The position numbers were made by a program, and so were the translations under genes. The notes under the pieces are model-generated. The model was not told where the DNA came from. It searched no databases and saw nothing but the letters and a program-made list of their open reading frames with translations. DNA of 5,217 nt from Amoeboradix gromovi X-113. Its lineage: Eukaryota > Fungi > Sanchytriomycota. How positions within the stretch are numbered: the first letter of the stretch is position 1; each line of letters begins with the position of its first letter. Positions 1 to 5,217 of this stretch are shown piece after piece. The stretch spans positions 1 to 5,217 of the forward strand of contig JADGIF010000681.1 of assembly GCA_018985225.1 (NCBI GenBank). Direction: 5' to 3'.

Positions 1-74
1 TACCAGTACCAATAAAAAGAAGTCCTATGATACTGAGAGTTGTTTCTTTTTTGTCTTTTTCACTTTCACGCCAA

Positions 75-213
75 CGGCTATTTTAGTAATTCGTTAAAAA
101 AGTCCTGATTTCCGAGAAAATCGGGAATTTCCACAGAGAAAGTAGCAATGCTAGTAAATTCATTACAGTGATTGCTCACGCTTTCACTACCCTGAGATGG
201 GATTGAGTAGGAT
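75..213 (-). ncRNA. Putative second, outward-reading omegaRNA-like copy
   Basis: Inverted copy of the scaffold that keeps the same hairpins, with compensatory (TCA-ctgtaa-TGA) and wobble-compatible substitutions. Inference only. Confidence 0.35.
98..213 (-). repeat. Left arm of the long inverted repeat
   Basis: AAAAGTCCTGATTTCCGAGAAAATCG...TTGCTCACGCTTTCACTACCCTGAG..GGGATTGA is the reverse complement of 730-838 with 13 mismatches. Perfect blocks are 98-123 (26 bp) and 172-196 (25 bp). Confidence 0.95.
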
Positions 214-228
214 TATGCTGCATGTATG

Positions 229-414
229 AACCAAATTGATTGTTTTCTTCAGTAAATCATTTATCGCGAATTTGTATGCATTTTTGTATAATTTCAAGAC
301 TTTTGTCAACAGCTTAAATACTCAGTATTCTTCCTTTTTGCAAATGGCAAATGGAATAAATAGATGTAATCCTGAATATGTCAAATCTAAAGAAATAACT
401 AGCAGGTACAGCAT
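229..414 (-). pseudogene. Possible degenerate MULE/Mutator-like transposase core fragment
   Basis: 62 codons with one internal TGA (322-324): MLYLLVISLDLTYSGLHLFIPFAICKKEEY*VFKLLTKVLKLYKNAYKFAINDLLKKTINLV. The spacing resembles the MULE core pattern LL...G.....AFA...E....Y/F......LK......I.D..K.LINAI. Judged by eye only. Confidence 0.3.
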
Positions 415-840
415 ACAAATACATATGATCTGATATACTTGCCATCGTTCAATACTAGTCAAATGATAAGTACCTTGTCGAGCAAGGTCGCAAGAAACAT
501 GGGAACAATGTCCCATTACACATTCAAGCAGCGCTTGAAGTTCAAATGTAACCAAAGAGGAAAGACGATAATCGAATGTGATGAGTCATTTACTAGTCAA
601 ACATGTACAAGGTGTGGTACTCTAAAGAAAATCAACTTAGAAACCTACACTTGTACCAACTGCCATTTGGAAATAGATAGAGACCATATGGCAGCAAGGA
701 AAATATACATCAAGTATCTGCATCCTTGTTCAATCCCGCCTCAGGGTAGTGAAAGCGTGAGCAACCGCTGTAACGGAGCATCTAGCATTGCTAGTTTCTC
801 TGTAGAAATTCTCGATTTTCTCGGAAATCAGGACTTTTAA
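415..840 (+). pseudogene. 5'-truncated Fanzor2 / IS607-type TnpB RNA-guided endonuclease (RuvC-II region, zinc ribbon, RuvC-III)
   Basis: The frame is open from 403 (TAG at 400-402). It reads TNTYDLIYLPSFNTSQM...LSSKVARNMGTMSHYTFKQRLKFK...IIECDESFTSQTCTRCG...YTCTNCHLEIDRDHMAARKIY. This matches the Fanzor2/IS607-TnpB pattern YDxIxLPxFxTSxM, (W)SHYxFKQRL, ExYTSxTCxxCG, CxxC, DRDxNxARNI. The WED, REC and RuvC-I regions are absent, so it cannot be a complete nuclease. Confidence 0.88.
722..838 (+). repeat. Right arm of the long inverted repeat, overlapping the 3' end of the Fanzor/TnpB reading frame
   Basis: TCAATCCC..CTCAGGGTAGTGAAAGCGTGAGCAA...CGATTTTCTCGGAAATCAGGACTTTT matches the reverse complement of 98-206. 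Confidence 0.95.
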
Positions 841-860
841 TGACTCTGTGAAAAGTTACC
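722..860 (+). ncRNA. Putative Fanzor omegaRNA (scaffold ~722-838 plus flank-derived guide; boundaries approximate)
   Basis: The position, from the 3' part of the ORF to the element end, is where TnpB/Fanzor omegaRNAs are encoded. Serial hairpins: CCC-gcctca-GGG (735-746), CCG-ctgtaa-CGG (765-776), CTAGC-att-GCTAG (782-794), TTTCT-ctgt-AGAAA (795-808), TCGA-ttttc-TCGG (812-824). No expression evidence. Confidence 0.55.
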
Positions 861-924
861 AGATTGATCGCAAACACTTACAAGTATACTAAACCGGTAT
901 TTCAAAATTAGCTGAATCAATTTA

Positions 925-2217
925 TTAAATCAAACCCTGCATTTTCAAATCTTCGAATGTCTTTTTGTTGTAAACATTTCCATCTTCATCCTCAAATTCT
1001 TCGTCATTTTCATCAAATTTATTGGATTTCAGGTTTACTTTAATCTTCTCGTAAAGTTCCAGCGCCTCTTCAATCTTAACGACTGATGAAAAGTGTTTTG
1101 TATTTGGTATTCCTAGACTTCTCATTCCATAAGCATGCCTACTCTCTGTAAAATGTCTATCAAAGTTTCGTCTTCCTAGATATATAAAGTTGCCGCATAT
1201 TTCGCATTCAAACTCCTTGTTAAGGCCATGCAGCTTGTACAGCCATATGGGAATTGGCGTACCATCCCAACCCAACGGCAGTTTCATAGGATTATCGTTC
1301 ATGTCCATTTCTTCCTCACTAGAACTACCCTCGTATCTCAACTCATCATCCTCGTTCATGTGAGTGTTGGTTTGTTTCCTATAGTTGTTGATTTTAGTTT
1401 CGTTCACAACTTCTTTCAAATAGGCGTTTATGAAATATAAAATGGAATGCTGCAGAATAGCAATCTCTTTTATAGGATTTAAGCGTGCAAACGGGTCCGG
1501 CTGAAGATGCAATTTATTAGATTTGAGATTGCTCAAATGTTTTTTGCCATCAAGATGATTTTTAAACACGTTCTCGTTGGTAAATACTTTGTTGCATGTT
1601 TGACAGAAAAGCGTTTCTTTGCTCAGCTCAACAAGAATGAATTCGTAGTTCTTCAATTTTCCGGAATAAAACAAATCCTTGAATTCTTTTAATTTTGTGT
1701 CTAATTCCTCATGCCAGTTATGAAGGGGTCTAACTCTCTTTAAGAAATCAAAAAGATAGTTATTCAAGTTGACGAGATATGACTTATATGCTGCATTATG
1801 TTTATGAATATTAAAAATATAAAAGTCATCCAAATACTTTAAGTAATTGATTTTATCAACATTTGGTAAATTTAAATATTCCCTATGCAAGGAATGAAGA
1901 TCAAGGTATCTGCCAAAACACTCTTCACCGGAAAACAATCCATCAATATTAATTTCCATTTCAAATTCATTTTTGATATTAGCAGCTGGCGCATCAACGA
2001 ATACCAAATTGTTATACTCTTTGTAAAACGAATCTAAAGCATTGCTGCTCTTTGGTTCATCACTTTCGATTTTTGGTAACTTCTGAATTTCTTGTAGCAG
2101 TTGATACACTTGGTGTTCAATTATTAAATCATTCTTTTGCTTATGACTTCGCTTAGTTAGTAATTGACTACTCTTTTCTATTACTGCATCTATTCGCTCT
2201 AAATGATCCCTGTTCAT
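925..2217 (-). CDS. PRP9: Splicing factor 3A subunit 3 (SF3a60 / Prp9 / Sap61), U2 snRNP; ~430 aa, apparently intronless
   Basis: Diagnostic motifs FSGEECFGRYLDLH, NPMKLPLGWDGTPIPIWLYKLHGL, CEICGN...FDRHFTESRHAYGMRSLGIPNTKHF and C-terminal EEFEDEDGNVYNKKTFEDLKMQGLI. A central zinc finger CQTCNKVF...HLDGKKH is present as in fungal Prp9/Sap61. The start is placed at the first ATG (2217, MNRDHLER) rather than the TTG at 2256. Confidence 0.96.
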   Translation of the reverse strand: MNRDHLERIDAVIEKSSQLLTKRSHKQKNDLIIEHQVYQLLQEIQKLPKIESDEPKSSNALDSFYKEYNNLVFVDAPAANIKNEFEMEINIDGLFSGEECFGRYLDLHSLHREYLNLPNVDKINYLKYLDDFYIFNIHKHNAAYKSYLVNLNNYLFDFLKRVRPLHNWHEELDTKLKEFKDLFYSGKLKNYEFILVELSKETLFCQTCNKVFTNENVFKNHLDGKKHLSNLKSNKLHLQPDPFARLNPIKEIAILQHSILYFINAYLKEVVNETKINNYRKQTNTHMNEDDELRYEGSSSEEEMDMNDNPMKLPLGWDGTPIPIWLYKLHGLNKEFECEICGNFIYLGRRNFDRHFTESRHAYGMRSLGIPNTKHFSSVVKIEEALELYEKIKVNLKSNKFDENDEEFEDEDGNVYNKKTFEDLKMQGLI

Positions 2218-2474
2218 TCCAGTGGTTTGCTGTTTTATCCTTGAAAAGTAAACCAAGAAAATGAAAATATTGCAGAAACTAGGATTTACACTATTCCACC
2301 CTCAACAGTTTTCAAGTAACGAATAGTCTACTGATCAGTGGTATATGTCTGACTGAGAATGACAAGAGATTTGTTAAAGCTAGTTGCTACATGAATTGTA
2401 GATGTCAGTCTATGCTGTAATCATTAAGTAAGAATAGCAGTTTTATTGGAAAAGAGCGGAGAGCTGTTGGAACT

Positions 2475-2570
2475 TCTGTTACTTGATTCAACAAGGAAAT
2501 TACACATCCAATGAATAACAAATGGAATAGCCTCTGTTACATGATGGTATAAACAAGGAACAGATGGAAT
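2475..2570. repeat. Degenerate two-copy direct repeat in the PUT1-PRP9 intergenic region
   Basis: TCTGTTACwTGAT (2475-2487, 2533-2545), AACAAGGAA (2490-2498, 2552-2560) and AACArATGGAAT (2517-2528, 2559-2570) recur in the same order. Confidence 0.5.
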
Positions 2571-2615
2571 GTATTGTACGAGATATTTTAGTATTATTGA
2601 AGAAAATAGATTTAT

Positions 2616-3942
2616 TTATTGCAACTTGAATTTTCTCCACAGTGCTGCTTTAATACAAGTGAACTCTTGTTGGTTATTCAACAGAACAGAATTGTTTTCT
2701 TGTGCCCTTCTAATTAAGTATGGCACTACGCTCTGCAGTGGTCCAAACGGTACCTACGTTAATACAATTTACATATTTATATGCTCTGTAATTGGAATTA
2801 GCCATGCTCCAAGTTAATGAATCATGCATTCCCAATAATTGGCCCAAGACAGCACTCTTTTTGTGGTCTTTGAATAGAGACTGTGCTATTCTCATTGAAT
2901 CGTGGTTGTGTGATGCAATAATTGAGGTGCTAGTTGGATTATCGCGGATGTAATGATAAAGAACGTTGATAGCCTGGTTGAAATCTCTGTGGGTATCATC
3001 GATGGTATCGTTTATAGGACTATCTACATTCATATCCTTGGCTAGTTTGCGTTCACTCTGCAAATAGGCTCCTCGGACAATTTTGCATCCAAATAAAAAT
3101 GACTCTTTGTTGGCATAATCAATAGCGGACTGCAGATCATTTAATCCGCGCTTGAGATACATTTGGTATGTAGGCAAGACGACTGATTTGTCAATATTGT
3201 ACTGTTTTGATAATAAAATGGAGATCAAAGAGATAGCTGGTTGGTAATATGTCTGCTCTGCATCAATAGTTATTTGAGTTCTATGCTGAGAAGCATAGTC
3301 TATAACGTCATTGACTCTATTATAAATACGATTGAAATCATTCAAATCTTGCTCAAAGCATTCTACTTCGTCATTTAAATAATTTTTGGCCTTTCCCTGC
3401 TCAAATATGCTAATTACTGTTAATTTATCATACTTTTGTTCCAAATCTAACACTAAATTAGTCACCCGCTTTAATGCTATTGTTGGCCCAAGTGCCGAAA
3501 GTTTAATTGCAGAGAAATCACCGAGGCAACTCTGTTTTAACACTTCACCATGTGTATCACCGAGTATGTGTTGTCTATTGCGCTCCTGGATACTATCTAT
3601 TAGTATATCATCTTGCTCAACAGAGTAATCTGCAATAGTCCCAATGTTTAACTGTTGCAGCCTAATCATTGTAGCTTGGAGGTCATGCAAAGATTCACCT
3701 CCACAGAACACTTTAAACAGGGTATTACGAAGAATGAAATGACCTACAAAATGATCGTACATCCATGGTTTAATATACTCGGGTGGGAATTTACTCATGT
3801 TGTAAGTGATGTAGTACTGCATCAATCTGGGCCACTGATACTGATCGTACAGAGATTTCTCATTATACCTAGATATATCTGCCACGTATGCTACTGTAGC
3901 AATAATTGGAGACCATCTTACTGCAATACGAAATAATCCCAT
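2616..3942 (-). CDS. PUT1: Proline dehydrogenase (proline oxidase, PRODH/Put1), complement(join(2616..2753,2773..3942)), 435 aa
   Basis: Exon 1 motifs: FCGGES, DYSVE, AIKLSALG, IDAEQTYYQPAI, TYQMYLK, GCKIVRGAY, IASHN, GQLLGMHD. The conserved C-terminal motif Y-VPFGP...VPYLIRRAQEN is restored by removing 2754-2772. ATG at 3942; TAA at 2616-2618. Confidence 0.95.
2754..2772 (-). other. 19-nt spliceosomal intron in proline dehydrogenase
   Basis: The minus strand reads ...AAA TAT|GTAAATTGTATTAACGTAG|GTA CCG TTT GGA CCA. It has a GTAAAT donor, a branch-like TTAAC and a TAG acceptor. Removal corrects the frame and gives KYVPFGP with no inserted or missing residues. Confidence 0.88.
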
Positions 3943-4005
3943 CACTCGGAGAAATTATAAAATTAATCAAAACGACGGCTATCATCTATTTAAATAGCAA
4001 AAAAT

Positions 4006-5055
4006 TTATTTCTTGGAGGTTATGGCAGCTTTACCGATTGTTTTCAAGATTGCAGACCTTCCAATTCCTTTGTAGTCAAAGTACATCAGCACGATGTATT
4101 TACCAGTCTGGCAAAACGATTCAGCAATATCTCTTGCCTCACCCCCATATTTGTACTCTACAATTTCTATCATGGCATTTCCACTTGAATCGACAACTAG
4201 CCTAGCACCGTTCTCAAAGCCATTCCACACTGTTACCAATGAATCCATGGTATCCATAGCTATGGACTTGAGTTGCTCAGGAGCATAATACCCCAACCTT
4301 TTTCCTACTGCGGTTCCTGCCTTGTTGCCTATTTTAGTGAGTTTACGCACCACAGTATAATTTGCAACTTTGTAAGCCTTTTGAGAAGCTTTCTGCATAT
4401 TTTTCACATACTTTTTTGTGTTCTCAGAAAACACTACCTCTTCACCTTTATTGTGGGTCTTTTTGTAGTCGATTGCGTACGAATTAATTTTACCAGCAAG
4501 CGAATTACCGACTCCAAAAATATTAGATCCAACACGCTGTCCAATGTTCTGAATGTCATGCTCCGGTGCTTTTGCGTCTTCTTTGGTAGCGCTAACGCTA
4601 CAATCATTTTCATTTTGTTCTTTAATTTCAACATTTTCTTCAAAAGTAAAATCAGTGTCACTTGGTATTTTGCGTATAAAAGATTGCCAAGTTCCGAAGT
4701 TATCCATTACTACAAGATTGTTAGCTTGTTTGGGATCAGGAAGCGCAGTATACATTCGCAGCACATCAAATAGACTTTCTTCGTATTGTGGCAAGCTAAT
4801 TGTGTAATACGATTCACCATCACGAAGCAAAACCTTGTTGTCAGCCATCCTAGACTCAATTTCTTTAGTTAAAGGTAGCGTAAAAAATCCATTTTCTACT
4901 GCAACACTCAAAAATGTGATCCATGTTTTGTTTTGGCTGTTATCATCCCTATATAAGCACTGAAATATATTAAGCTCACTGTTGGTACTTTTTATTCCAT
5001 CATCAAACTGTATACCTGCAATTTTGAGCATACACAAAGAAGTCTCTAATTCCAT
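4006..5055 (-). CDS. Spartin-like / senescence-domain protein, ~349 aa from the first ATG; 5' end uncertain
   Basis: The C-terminal VTVWNGFENGARLVVDSSGNAMIEIVEYKYGGEARDIAESFCQTGKYIVLMYFDYKGIGRSAILKTIGKAAI fits the senescence (spartin C-terminal) domain, including the (H/Y)(K/R)YGxEA motif and a fungal-like YxDxxG(V/I)xRxA(V/I)LK tail. The frame is open upstream to ~5115, so an extra 5' exon is possible. Confidence 0.85.
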   Translation of the reverse strand: MELETSLCMLKIAGIQFDDGIKSTNSELNIFQCLYRDDNSQNKTWITFLSVAVENGFFTLPLTKEIESRMADNKVLLRDGESYYTISLPQYEESLFDVLRMYTALPDPKQANNLVVMDNFGTWQSFIRKIPSDTDFTFEENVEIKEQNENDCSVSATKEDAKAPEHDIQNIGQRVGSNIFGVGNSLAGKINSYAIDYKKTHNKGEEVVFSENTKKYVKNMQKASQKAYKVANYTVVRKLTKIGNKAGTAVGKRLGYYAPEQLKSIAMDTMDSLVTVWNGFENGARLVVDSSGNAMIEIVEYKYGGEARDIAESFCQTGKYIVLMYFDYKGIGRSAILKTIGKAAITSKK

Positions 5056-5217
5056 CCTCGGTTTCACTGTCGCTCCACTTGGGACACCAAATATAAAAAC
5101 TAGACTAACTCGTTTTTAAAGGAGGTGCACCATACGCAGGAATGCTATCATTAATAAAAGATCTTCTTCTATTATACCAATTTTCTTTCATTGATTGTAT
5201 TCCTCTTTTTAAAATAT

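Larger units (their letters stand above)
94..840. mobile_element. Non-autonomous, internally deleted Fanzor2/TnpB-carrying element bounded by long imperfect inverted repeats
   Basis: Arms 98-206 and 730-838 align ungapped as reverse complements (position i pairs with 936-i), 96/109 identical. Similarity extends weakly to 213/722. TTAA occurs at both outer edges (94-97 and 837-840). A TnpB/Fanzor C-terminal fragment lies inside. Exact ends and target-site duplication are uncertain because the A/T runs differ (A6 vs T4). Confidence 0.8.

Noticed and set aside
14-72. Faint echoes of arm motifs (AAGTCCT at 20-26, CTTTCAC at 63-69) suggesting a third scaffold copy or an array
   Set aside because: Only 7-nt matches, with the wrong spacing and no alignable sequence between them.
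236-433. 65-aa plus-strand ORF inside the element
   Set aside because: TTG start, no recognisable motif, and not in frame with or similar to a Fanzor N-terminus.
94-840. Classification as piggyBac because of the flanking TTAA, or as a CRISPR-like array
   Set aside because: The termini lack the usual piggyBac CC(C/Y) start and no piggyBac transposase is present. There are only two inverted copies and no repeat-spacer periodicity.
2335-2424. C/D-box snoRNA-like arrangement on the minus strand (ATGATTA...CTGA...CTGA)
   Set aside because: The C box is imperfect, there is no clear terminal stem, and I recognised no 10-nt or longer rRNA complement next to either CTGA.
2710-2772. ORF-track C-terminus of proline dehydrogenase (VNCINVGTVWTTAERSAILN)
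   Set aside because: Artefact of reading through the 19-nt intron; the conserved C-terminus is in another frame and ends at 2616.
3098-3106. AATGACTCT in PUT1 matches the first 9 nt beyond the right arm (839-847), a possible guide target
   Set aside because: Only 9 nt in AT-rich DNA and the match breaks at the next base; compatible with chance.
4330-4347. In-frame 18-nt intron-like string GTAAACTCACTAAAATAG in the spartin-like ORF (minus strand)
   Set aside because: Not needed to keep the frame, and the encoded residues fit the helical senescence domain; cDNA would be required.
1228-4807. Short ORFs overlapping the three host genes (1228-1440, 1507-1692, 2569-2817, 3386-3628, 3655-3936, 3906-4205, 4094-4288, 4273-4773, 4434-4661, 4553-4807)
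   Set aside because: Antisense or alternative-frame shadows of well-supported genes, with no motifs.
5115-5121. T TTA AAA slippery heptamer upstream of the spartin-like ORF (minus strand)
   Set aside because: A -1 shift leads into a frame that stops within a few codons, not into the spartin frame.

Overview
Compact, AT-rich eukaryotic DNA, probably an early-diverging fungus or close relative (inferred from fungal-type Prp9 and senescence-domain proteins, TAA stops and short spacers). Three host genes lie in tandem on the minus strand: a spartin/senescence-domain protein (4006-~5055), proline dehydrogenase (2616-3942) and splicing factor SF3A3/Prp9 (925-2217). The proline dehydrogenase is only complete if a 19-nt GT-AG intron at 2754-2772 is removed. 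The first ~840 bp hold a decayed mobile element bounded by ~110-bp imperfect inverted repeats (98-206 vs 730-838, 96/109 identical by manual alignment). It carries the C-terminal part of an IS607-type TnpB/Fanzor2 RNA-guided nuclease. The right arm sits where a Fanzor omegaRNA scaffold is expected, and most differences between the arms preserve a series of hairpins, including two compensatory base-pair changes. Both ends may therefore encode outward-reading guide-RNA scaffolds. A possible MULE-transposase remnant abuts the nuclease fragment head-to-head. All family assignments come from motif recognition by eye; no searches were run.
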